A stretch of DNA of 64,000 nucleotides from the human T2T-CHM13v2.0 reference genome, Homo sapiens. The notes under the pieces are model-generated. The model searched no databases. It was not told where the DNA came from and saw only the letters and a program-made list of their open reading frames with translations. Position numbers and translations under genes: made by a program. Numbering within the stretch: the stretch's first letter is position 1; each line of letters opens with the position of its first letter. The DNA is taken from contig CP068257.2 of assembly GCA_009914755.4 (NCBI GenBank), positions 26,016,001 through 26,080,000 on the forward strand, written 5' to 3'. This document shows positions 33,926-49,746 of the stretch, in pieces.

Positions 33926-36900
33926 ATGAGATACATATATGTATATACATATATCTCATCATTTTGAGCTGCAAACTTTTACTGGAGGCAATAGAAATAC
34001 TAAATGTGAATAAAATATGTGTAATGCTCAAAGGACTTTGCTTCAAAACATCATGTTGTAAACATCACGTTATTTATGTAATTATGTATAAGAATTTTGG
34101 AATACAAACAATATTATTTTTATAGCAGTAAGTACAATAGTTTGTGGCACTTTTCTGTTGCTTTAGCTTTTCATAATTTCTTTTTGCGATCGTTTACAAT
34201 GCCCATTCCCTAAGACACCCTTGAAAAACGTATCTATACACTGAGCAAATATTCCAGAAAATATAAACACATCAAGTTGTCACAGGGTGAAGCTCAAAAT
34301 TGGGGCTCAGCCTGGAAGATCACGTGGGTTTTTGGCACAGGAAGGAATTCAAGAGGGAGCCAACAATAAACTGAAATCAAGTTTATTATGAAAGTAAAGC
34401 AATAAAACGTTGGCTGTTCCATAGATCAAGCAGCCCCAAAGGCTGCTAGTTGTCTATTTTATGGTTATTTCTTCATTATACACTAAACAAGGAGTGGATT
34501 ATTCATTGGTTTTCCAGGAAAGGGGCTAGTGGCCAGAACAGAGGGTTCCTCCTCCTTTCAGACCATATGGAATAACTTTTGAACACTTCCACGGCATTTG
34601 TAAACAGTCATGGTGCTGGTGGAAGTGCCTTTTAGCGTGCTATTACATTATAATTAGCGTATAACAAGCAGGTAGGACAATCAGTGGTCACTTTTCTTGT
34701 CATCTTTGTTTTGGTGGGTTTTGGCTGGCTTCTTTAAAGCATCCTGTTTATCTGTGGGATCTTTGTGACCTATAGCTTGCAAGACCAGCCCTGCCTAGAA
34801 CTCCTAACTCAAAGTTATGAAAATGGCAAAATGTCCTTTAATGAGTGTATGTAATTACTAAAGCAATGCTATTAAGTACCAAGTGACTGCTTTTCAGCAA
34901 ATGACCTTCACAATATGTACATTGAAGAAATATTCAAGTTTTAGCACTTTAATACTTGCAATATGTGCTTACTTTTAATTAAAGAAGAAATAAGTCATTG
35001 ATGTCAGATAGCTGATACAAAGCCTGTGATACAATCTCAAACACTGTGTTAGATGATGTGTGAAACACACAACGATGCATTTTTCTTCTGAAAGATGAAT
35101 CCTAGCCTTGTACTAGTGATTCACAAAAATTCAAGCCCCCTTAACCATTTGGTGTCTTCCCAGACACAGGACTTAGAATCCTAACTGTAGTACATATCAA
35201 ATCTGTTAGAAAGTAGATAAATTCAACACACAGAGAATATAACATTTAATGAAATTAACAAGTGAGGAAATACTTATTTAAAGGGTATGCTAATGCCATT
35301 ACTTCATATTTTAGGTTTTCATGGAAATTTCCAAAGAAATTCATCCTGATAGATTTACTAGACAGCTTATCATACTATGTAATCATAGACTCCTGAGAAT
35401 TATCTTATTTTCCAAAACATTGTTTGATCATATATCCTTAATTTCTAGAATCACAAGTGGAGGGAGGTGTAAGGGCAGATGTTCCCTTGAAAAGCAAATT
35501 GAAAAAGAAAAGAGTAATTGCAAAAGGATTCCTTGGCATTTGTCTTGAGAATTTTCTTTAGAGTAACACTCATCTTCAAGTCAATGCATGGAATTTCCTT
35601 CCAGTGTAGGGAAAAATTTGAAAAAATGAGAGGGACCATTGTAATTTTCACTATAACTGGGTGGTAGTATGTGGGTGTTAATTAATTATTTGTTTTTACA
35701 CCTAGTGAGTCATCTCTTATTAAGGAATAAAGAGTTCATAAAACTTTCTCATCAGTGCTAATTTGTTACCAATAAATAACTTAATGAAGTGGATAAATAT
35801 TATTTAAATTTTGTTATATCCCACCTACAAAGGTAATAAGACTAAAAACGTGATGCTTCTCCTTTATTTCTAGCCATTGTAATTTTTTCAAAAATTTTCA
35901 ACAAATAAATATGTTTTAATTTCCTATTGCTTTTAAAAATCAATCCAGAAAGATTAGACTGGCTCAATTATATGAATACCACCTTCATTCCAGCAACTTG
36001 TAGGGTTAGCAATAAGACTCACTACAGGTGTAATCTATGACCTAGTAATTTAATATACATTTTGGACAATCACGCAGAGGTGTCACTTACCTTTACGAGC
36101 ACATTAATTGGGCATATAGAAAAAGCTGTAAAATAAACAGCTTTTCATTGTTTTTACTTGCCAGTTTTTTTTCAGAATTTTCCAGTATATAATTTCTGAT
36201 TGAGTAATTACATTTTTCTTTCATGTCCATGTCACCAGGGGCTCCAGTGAATCCATGCTGGAGCTTCAGTTTGCTTTCCTGGGCGTTGTCTTTAGGCATA
36301 AAGTAACCTGAGTAGATTACCGAGGCAGAAAATGGTCCTGATGTTGGCTTTCTCTCTGCCTCTTGTCTGTACAAATAATTTCTCTTCTGTCTAAGCAGTT
36401 TAGCACACATGTAGCTCTCTATTCTATTGCTCCACTCAAGTTGCAGCACTTTGCATGTGAGTGTGTATGATGATGCTGGGGAAAATGAGGAGAGGCATGC
36501 TATTCTGAAATAATGTTTCAATAGAAATAAGGTATCCTAATGAGAAAGGAAGGATTCATAAATCCTTCATGACTTTAAAAGCTTGTTGCTTTTAAAAATC
36601 AATCCAAAAGGATTAGACTGGCTCAATTACATGAATACCACCCTCATTCCAGAAACTTGTAAATGTAGCAGTAAGACCTACTGCAGAAGTAATGCTGATA
36701 AAGAAAGTATCCTAATGGGAAAGGAAGGATTCATATGGCTACCTTGTGAACAGGTGCCTACTTTGATTTCCTTCAAAGTGCAAAAATCAGGAACTCACCG
36801 TTTAGAAGTCTGGCTTCAAACTATTCCCCTTTTAGATAAGTAAAAGTCACAAAATCATAAAAATATGACAATAGACCACAGTTATGTAATTTTCATATAC

Positions 36901-39065
36901 ATATTCATCCCTCAAAGAGACCGTAATTAACCTTTTAGCTCTTCTTTCTCTGACCATAGAGAGATAACAATGTTTTATTTTATCATTGTCTACCAGCAGT
37001 TTAATATTTCCATTGTCCCATAGGTCTGTTACCATCCAACCATCCCCATCACTTGTTCCTTTATACCGCTACAGCTGAGACCGCTGCTAGCCTTTCTCGC
37101 CTGGAGCAATAACTAACATTTGGTGGCCTTCCAATGCTCTTCCCTGGCCCACTATTTGTCAGCCAGTTTTCCTTACTAGGAGAACTGGGCAGACCTTATT
37201 GGAGATAGTGAGAACAGCAGAGAGAAAACCTTTCGAATAAAATTAGACAATTGATTCTGCTTCTTTAAGTCTTTTGGAGTACTTTGCTTTTTTCTTTCTT
37301 CTACAGATGCCTAAGGGAGAAAAAAAAAGGGAAAGCCCGAAAGAAATCTCTGGTTAACTGGAGAATCCAGGAAATATGTGTCATTTCGAAACTCAATTTC
37401 ACATCAGACCAAGGGTTGGTAGTGACACATCCTGCTAATAAAACCATCCAGACAAGTCCTCACAAGCTAGTAGTGTGTTTTTTGATTTCTGCGGTGACCT
37501 CACTTAGAGGAGATGCCGTTGGTTTGGTGGATATTACTGAAAATGAACAGGGGACACTTATGTACCCGAAGAAGTGAAAACAAAAACATTCTGATGAAAC
37601 TGTTTTGAATTTTTTGTGCCTAAATTTTCAACTAATTTTTTTCTACCATGATCAACTTGAGGAATCCTGTTCCTTTGATATCAGTTAGTGTTAGGAAGGC
37701 ATCGAATTCACTGGAGTACAGGAAAGGGTTATTGTCATTGTTTGTAGGTGTTGGGGGATGGGTATGCTGCTGGGGGACATGAGAGTTCAGAGATATTGCA
37801 AAAAACAGAAATTATATTTAATAACACAAAAGGTATTAGTCTCTAAAATAAAAAATAAAGACATAGACTATACTTTTATAATTATATTAATTCATATTTT
37901 ATAAACTAACTTGGTAGTTCTATTTTTTAACTGAGTTAATGACATTTTAAAACATTTTTTTGTGAAAAAAATAATTTTGTTTGAATTATCAGCAGTTTCT
38001 AGATGTGAGGATTTGATTTTAATTTACTTATCAATATTTATGAAGTTAGAAATATTGAAAGAAAAGTGTGAAAATAATTAGACTAACAAAAGCTTAAACA
38101 TCAAACAAAAGTTAAAAAATGAAGTTATTTCTGACAACTACGTGATTAACATACAACTGCTGAATTATGTAAATTATATTGCAAATATTTTATTTAATAA
38201 TTCTCATGACATGCTGATTGCCTACATATTTGTGTTCATATAACAAACACATTTATTCACTACTTTTTAAAAGCATATTATATAATGTTTTTATAATTTT
38301 AATAGAAGGAATGTTAAAATAACACTTCAATCACATCTTCCTCTTATACAGATAAAATGGCACTTTTTTAAATAAAAATGCGTCATTAAATCATTTTTTC
38401 CACCCAAAGAACACAAATAGCAAATATCTCAATTATAAAGAAAAAAAGTCTTCTGAGATCTTTCCCGATTTAGAAGTCTACTATTCTGAATTGGCTAAAA
38501 TAAAAGCAATGACTTTACATAGTTGAACCCACTCCCCCCCTTAAAACTGAAATGTGTTAAGAGAGTGGTGAATAAAAATAACTGAGCTGACAGATTACAT
38601 CATCTAATTTACACCCACACAACCACTAGCTCCTTTATTTCAAATAAAGCTCCTTTGAGTCTTGATGGTAGAGTCACATAATCTCAGGTCTGCATGGCAT
38701 TCCCATTTACGGTGTTTCTCCACCAGGGAAAATTGGTGAAACTCAAAGTTCCCAGGATGATGCTGGGAAGAACTTAGAGATAAAACATGCACTGCCTAAG
38801 AGGAGTGGAATGTGAATGGAGATGAGGCTGTAGACCTAGGCAGGGATCCGACCTAAGGACCCCGGTGTCAGGCAAAGATTCTATCCTGCAGAAACTGAGA
38901 ATCATCAGAGAATTTTACCCAGAAGAGAAACACAATAACATGTGCCCTTTATAAACCTCATTCCAAGCAAGAGTGACACACATTAATACCTCTAACAGAC
39001 TATTTATTTAAAGAAATTTTTAAGAAAAATAAAATAACTTTAAAACCAGAAAATTTTTATGAAGC

Positions 39066-39469
39066 TCTCGTCCGTCCTTCCTTCCTTCCGTCCTTCCTCC
39101 CTCCCTTCCTTCCTCTCTCTCTTTCCTTTCCTTTTCTTTCTTTCTCTTTTCCTTCCTTCCTTCCTTCTTGCTTTCTTGCTTTCTTGTCTTTCTCTCCTTC
39201 CTTCCTTCCTTCCTCCCTCCCTCCCTTCCTCTCTCCCTCCCTCCCTTCCTCTCTCTTTTTTTTCTTTCTTTCTCTTTTCCTTCCTTCTTTCCTTCTTGCT
39301 TTCTTGTCTTTCTTTCTTGCCTGCCTTCCTCTCTCCCTCTTTCTTTCTTTCTTTTCTTTCTTTCCCTTTCTTTTTCCTTTCTTCTCTTTCTCTCCTTCTC
39401 CTCTCCTTCTCTCGCTCTTCCTTTCCTGTTCTTTCTTTCTTTGCTTTCTCTCTCTTTCTCTTCTTCCCC
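39066..39469. repeat. ~400-bp polypyrimidine/polypurine tract (TTCC/TCTT/TCCC)n with an internal ~70-bp duplication
   Basis: Almost pure C/T on the + strand for ~400 bp (ctcgtccgtccttccttccttccgtccttcctccctccc...). All overlapping track ORFs (39040-39495 -, 39059-39541 +, etc.; K/E/R-rich or S/L/F-rich) are translation artefacts. Confidence 0.95.
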
Positions 39470-40174
39470 AAAGTTACAATTGTGATTGTAGACACCTTAA
39501 AATTTCCAACTGAAAATCTTGTATTTTTTTTAGCTACTTAGTTTTGAAAGCCATAAAGCATTTTTCTTTCTAATCAATTTATTGAATATATATTAACACA
39601 TTGAAAATATATCTTTGGCCTATTATTGCTTAACCATATAGAAATACTTTATAATTCATGTGTGGTGTGTAATTTTGTTTTTGTTTATGTGTGGTTTTGC
39701 CAGTGTTCCCAAATCCCCCAGCCAATGTGCTTACCTGTGAGTTCAAGAAGAATTTTTTTAGTGTACAATTTTTTGCTTATCATCCTAATGCAAATAGTTA
39801 AAAAGTGGAGAAACTGTGTTGAAATAGGTATATATTATTTTAAATATATATGAAGTTTGATGAAATGAACATTAATTTTACATTAAAAAATTTTATTAAT
39901 TAACTCATTTATTCTATTAATATTTCTGAAGAGCCTATACTCCGGTAGTTCCAGAAATTTTGTTACTTAAGTGAACAAAACAAGATTCATGCCCTTCTGG
40001 AGATTACATTAAAGCAGAAAGTTACATTTAAGACAGTTATAAATGAGTATATTTTGCCTTGCTGAAGGGAAAATATTGTAAAGCAAGGCAGAGGAGAGGA
40101 GAGAAAAGAAATCAGAGAAGGTTAAGGAGAATTGAGGAGATTGTAGAGAAGTGAGGAACACAACTTCTTATTGA

Positions 40175-43666
<3,492 letters not shown>

Positions 43667-44344
43667 AATGTAAATCTGGACAAAAGCATGAAGAAGATGA
43701 AGGAGTTAGGCAGGGAGACATCTAGAAGTATATTCCTGGCAGAGTGACCATGGTGTTCCTTGCACGTTCCAGGAATAGCATGAGGACATCAACATGGTTA
43801 TTCGTTGTATCCAGTCATATTCAGCTGTACTTAGACATCTTATAGTAAATAAGAGCTGAGTTAAATGAATGTTGTGACTTTGCAAGTAAGTTCGATAATG
43901 GGAGAGAAGAACAAGGATAACACAAAGAATTTATTATAACAATTGTCCATGGAGTTTAGGCTGGAAGCAAAGAGAAAAAAGGGATACTGAGGCAATAAGT
44001 GAAGGTGAAAAGATTGTAGAATCAATAGATCACAGATAATAGTAGGGTTGAAAAACTCTTAAAGTTGAGTCATGAGAGGGAATGTCTGAAAAATACAGAA
44101 GAGAGCCAGATACATAAAACTAGGATAATGATGAAGTTGTAGTTATTGGTATCTTGGTGCCAAGGCCTGGGGCAGCACCGTCCAATAGAAATATAATGTC
44201 AGACACACATGTATTCAAACTGTTTTAGTATCTATCTTTAAAAAAAAATAAAAAGAAACACTAAATTTTGTTTATTAACATATTTTACTTAATTCAGGAT
44301 AGATAAAATATTACTACTACAATTTTCAATCAGAATAAACTTAA

Positions 44345-44400
44345 TAAGGTATTTCCTATTATTATTATTATCATTATGATTATTCATTATTATTTTGGAA
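44345..44400. repeat. (ATT)n-like low-complexity tract
   Basis: tattattattattatcattatgattattcattattatttt. Confidence 0.6.
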
Positions 44401-46690
44401 GCCAGTGTGTATTTTATACTTACAGCACGTCTCAGTTCTGATTGCCACATTTAAAGTGAACAATAGGCAAATGTAGCTAAAAATGGCTAATATACTGAAC
44501 AGTGAGGTCTGGATATGATCATGAAAATGGATGGTTGAGCTTGTTGTTGTTACTGCAAGAAAAAAACAAACAGAATTTGAAGGCAAACTTGTTGAAATGA
44601 TCATTTTTGTAGCTACTCAGATCACTAATAATTAAGAGTGATGGAGAGAGACAAGCCACAAACTAAATCACTGAGAAACCCAAAAGAACAACCTTGATGG
44701 ATGACAATGACGGAAGAGGTACTGAACTCATGTCATCTGGTGACATAAGAGTCAAGGTTGAGAGTCTTTAGGGAACAAAAAGGGAGAGGTCTGGACATAG
44801 AATTGAGGAGCAGAGAACACCTACATCAACTCCAGACCGACTAGGTCTGTGGAAGAGGAAGAAGCCACAAGTTGAGAGCTGTAGGGAAAATGCTAAGGTG
44901 GGAACAGGCTTCCTGCACCTCAAAAGGTAAAGAGATTATTAGCAGGAGAGGAGTGAGGGAAGAGAAGGGAACAGGACACATGCAGAGCGTTATAATGCTT
45001 ACAGTGTGAAGGTAAAGGGTGGCTTGGGAATTGGGAGGCCTAAGGAAAACACAAGATTGAGTCTTGAAAACAGTACCGGAGGGTTTTGGTGAAACCCTCA
45101 GTGTGGGGTTGGGCATAGGAAGGCATGGCCAACTCACACTTCTTTTTCTTAAACAGCTTTACCAAGGTATAATTTATATATGGTACAATTCATCCATTTA
45201 AAGTGTACAATTCAATGGGTTTTTGTATATTCACAAAATTGTGCAACCATTACCACAACCTAATTTTTGAACATTTTAATCACCCAAAAAAGAAACCCTC
45301 AACCTATTTACAGTCACTTCCCATTGCCCTTCCCCATCTCCCCATTTCCAACCCTAATCTATCTTTTGTTCCTATAGATTTGCCCTTTCTGCACACATCT
45401 TATTAAATGGAATCACACAGCATTAGTAATTTGTATTGGTTTCATTCACTTAGCATCATGTTTTCAAGGTTTGTAGCATGTATCAGAAGTTCATTTTCTA
45501 ATTACCAAATAATAATCAATTTTATGGATGTAATATACTTTCATTTTCCATTGATAGGTCAAAGTTGTTTCCTGAATAGCCCTTTGCACTATTATGAACC
45601 ATGGTGAAATGGACATTTGTGCACAGATTTTCTTGTGGATTTAAGTTTTTAATTTTGTGTGTGAGGGGGCATATATCTAGGACTGGAATTGCTGGGTCAT
45701 GTGGTAACTCTGTGTTAAACATTCTGCAGAACTGCCAATCTGCACTCCAATGTGACCACTCATTTTACATTCCCACCAGCAATGTATGAAGGTCCAGCAC
45801 TCACTCCTCCCTGACCCCTGCTAATGAAGGCAAAAATGCCCAGAAAGCCATGTCTTAACTCATATTGTGGCTCCCCTCATGATCACTGAAATTGACAACC
45901 TAGGCATGATCTTCACCGCAATGCCTGAGTTTACTTTTGATCCTTACAGGGAGGAAGAGGGCTGATATCAAGTGCAAGAGCTCATCTTGTCTCCTATGAA
46001 TGAGGATGAGACTTCAGAGCAGCCCATTGTAACACAGCAGATGCCTACCCTACTTTCAAAGCCCATTAATGCGGGCCAGGCAACACAGGTTTGTAATAAA
46101 TAAACACTTCAAATATTTACAGTAACTTTGCAAAGATAGATATGTCTAATCCTGCTTTATAGAAAAGGAATATGGGGTTTAAGATGTTTTGAACAATTTG
46201 CCCAATGTCACACTGATTGTAAGCACTGGTTAATTCTACAATCATTTGTACAATGCAAATCAGCACAAACATCACCTTGAAAGCAGGGTTGCAGTTTATA
46301 AGACCTGAATAGTCCTCAATAGCTTTAATTGTTTGTGTTTAGGAGTTATTCTAAGAATTATGGTTTTAATTGGCCCACGCAAGTGAAAAATGTGGAAAAG
46401 CATTCTACTAAGGTATTGCTAAGTGCTATTAAATAAGGATGACTTAAATAATGGGAATAAGATAAATGTATTATATTCTTAGTCATAGTGAGGAACCATA
46501 TTTCAAATGACTTCTTTTGGTAAGTGATTATTTAATGCGGTTTTACATAATGACATAAGAAAGAGAGTTATAGGATTAATAGCAAAAATAAGTGTGAAAA
46601 TGATTTCTAAATTGTAATTCATCTTTCTTCAAAAGGCTATAAATTAAATTAGTGTGGAATCCTTATCTAATATTAATCTTTACTTTGAAG

Positions 46691-46770
46691 ATTGGATAAC
46701 AGCTGCTTGGGTAACAGGTGCACCAAAATCTCAGAAATCACCACTAAATAACTTATCCATGTAACCAAAA
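46691..46770 (+). mobile_element. 80-bp internal L1 3'UTR-derived fragment flanked by a 23-bp perfect direct repeat. No A-tail.
   Basis: Insert attggataacagctgcttgggtaacaggtgcaccaaaatctcagaaatcaccactaaataacttatccatgtaaccaaaa. 68 bp (46703-46770) are identical to 48354-48421. Flanks taatattaatctttactttgaag at 46668-46690 and 46771-46793. Confidence 0.6.
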
Positions 46771-46856
46771 TAATATTAATCTTTACTTTGAAGGTAAACT
46801 GCATTGTTCTCCTTAATGTATAAAAAGGGTTCTAAATATGAAAAATGTTAACTCTA

Positions 46857-47139
<283 letters not shown>

Positions 47140-47850
47140 GAAAAATGTTAACTCTGTATGCATTATGTTTCATAAGTCTTGGAAAAGTTGTTTCATTTTC
47201 ACTTAAAAGGAGCTACTCAAAACATTAGAAATAACTTTTTAAATAGCTTAAAATAAGGTATTGAATATGTAAATAATGCACATTGATACAATATCATGCA
47301 AAGCTGCTACAGGTTATAATGTAGAATTGTATTAAATGACAGGAAACTTGTCAACAATAAGCTATTAAGTGAAAAGTAGAAGCAGGTTACACAATGCCTG
47401 ATTCTAAGTTTGAGAAAGACAAACTGATAAATAGAGGCATCTTGATCTAAAATACATCTTAACAAAATGCACCAACATCTTAGAATAGTTCCCTTCGAAT
47501 ATTGGAATGAAGCCTGCTTAGTATTTTTTTCCTTTTTGTAGCTCAGTAATTTCTGTTTTCAACAGTAAAGTAGATATTACTTTTGTAATGATAAAATAAT
47601 TTTTAAAAGATCTGAGATCCCAAATTTTGCCATATGCTAGTCAGTAGTTTCTGTTTATTCTTCTACTGTTACAACAATACTTTGCTTTGTACAGTTAATA
47701 TTAGAGGGCAAAAACTATCTGTAAAAAAATTTTCTTCACCTGTATCAATGTTTAATGAGTAAAATTAAACAAAATTGGAATTGATAAAATGTATTTTTTT
47801 ATTTTACAAAAATATAGAACGTAGTTTTTAAATGAATGATATATCTTGAG

Positions 47851-48471
47851 TTCATGGTTATAATACAAAATGACTTATTTTTATCGACCATCCGGTTTGT
47901 AAAAAATGAATTGCACCACAGTTTTATAGCGAGAGCAATACGCTTCTTTCTCTTGAAGAAAAATGGGCGGTGACACACTTTTGTGATCCAAGCCTGCCCC
48001 CTGGTGACCAACTGGTCACCACGAGGCTGCAGACTATGAGGCAGGCAGCGCCCTCTTTAAAGCTGTTCAGAAGTAACCTCGAAAAGAAAACGTGGCATTA
48101 CTGGAGGTACATTTCCCTGTAATGCCCCAGGCATCTCCATCAGTGTCTCAACATCATCAAGTGCGGGAAAGATAGCATTAAAAAGTTATAAAATAAAAAA
48201 GTCATTTTCGTACTGTCTTGACGTGCACACCGTGATGTTGAGACAGACACTGATGGAGAAGCATAAGAATGATGTAATGGTCTTTGCAGACTCAGGGAAC
48301 AAGAGTGGGAGGGGGGTGAGGGATAAAAGACTGCACATTGGGTACAGTGTACACTGCTTGGGTAACAGGTGCACCAAAATCTCAGAAATCACCACTAAAT
48401 AACTTATCCATGTAACCAAAAACCACCTTACCCCACAAAACCATGGAAATAAAAATTAAAATTAAAAAGTA
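47851..48471 (+). mobile_element. Composite retro-element: ~390 bp of CpG-retaining sequence of unknown origin fused to an L1 (L1PA/L1PB-type) 3' end with A-rich tail, bounded by a 10-bp near-perfect duplication
   Basis: 48255-48446 matches the L1 3' UTR (...gcataagaatgatgtaatgg...gggtgagggataaaagactgcacattgggtacagtgtacactgcttgggtaacaggtgcaccaaaatctcagaaatcaccactaaataacttatccatgtaaccaaaaaccacc...). Tail aaataaaaattaaaattaaaaag. The upstream 47860-48250 has ~13 CpG in ~370 bp, unlike its surroundings. Candidate TSD atatctTgag (47841-47850) / atatctCgag (48472-48481). Confidence 0.5.
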
Positions 48472-49467
48472 ATATCTCGAGGTATAACAGGAATGTACAA
48501 ACTGAAACGACAGGGTTAATTCTCAACACATTCTTCTGCTCTTTCCTAAAGGGAAAAAAATAACACAGATGTGGCAAATTTGAAGGAGGATCTCTAATAG
48601 GAAATAATCTGATGAAATTTATTCACCAGGTGCTGAGAAAATTGTATTTAAGCATCCATGTTAAAGTCTAACGGATCATGAACACTAAGTGAAATATATA
48701 AAGTATCAGTCTATTTCTAATATGAATCTACACTTTTTTGTCTCTAATTCTGAGAGAAAGAATAATTAGAAGGGGAATTCAAAGAGGAAACACGAAGAGA
48801 GCTTCAAGAGTAAGAGCTGCTTTGCCAGAAAGCAGTGACACAGTCATCAGTCCTTTTCTTTGGGGAAAGTACAGTCACCAATGCTACCTGTTATTTTGTT
48901 AAAACAAGACTGCACTTTTCTCCCTCTATAAAAGGCAGTACTGATCCTGGCATCATAATGAAGCCATAAGGCCATTTGGTAAAATGTGATGCTTCCAGGG
49001 TCTCCATTTAGGTGGTTCAAAATTGGACTCAAAAACACCACCACCACCCTAAGGGGACGAAAGAAACAATAACTGGTCCACATTGACATCACTTCTGTCT
49101 TTTACAGTGGCTTTAAATGTATGTATGAATGTCAACATTCTTGATATAATTTTATCTTTTTCTTAGACATGGAAACCAGAGTCTTAAATTGCGTTACAAA
49201 GTTCTTCAACCACTATTACTATTACTTTAAAAAAAATATGCCATAGGAAACTTGAGGTCAGGTGAGACAGTTAATCATTAAGATTTGATTTGGGACTCTT
49301 AAAAGTCTTTAATGAAAGGCCTGGGTGTTCATAATATATCAAAAATTTGGAGAAGCAAGATCTGAAGTTAGAACATCAGAAAACCAGAATTAGAATCATG
49401 AGAAAACCTCCATGAAATTTTTCCTTCATTGTCTTGAGAATTTTAGCACTTGTCGTTGTGGAAATGC

Positions 49468-49746
<279 letters not shown>

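Noticed and set aside
36093-36521. 142-aa ORF on the minus strand as a novel gene
   Set aside because: No start context, no domain-like motifs, low-complexity-free but random-looking composition, no splice signals. Kept only as part of the local-duplication finding.
39040-39541. ORFs encoding K/E/R-rich (151 aa, minus) and S/L/F/P-rich (160, 105, 109 aa, plus) proteins
   Set aside because: Pure translation artefacts of a 400-bp polypyrimidine/polypurine microsatellite. Every frame is open because the tract lacks stop-codon composition.
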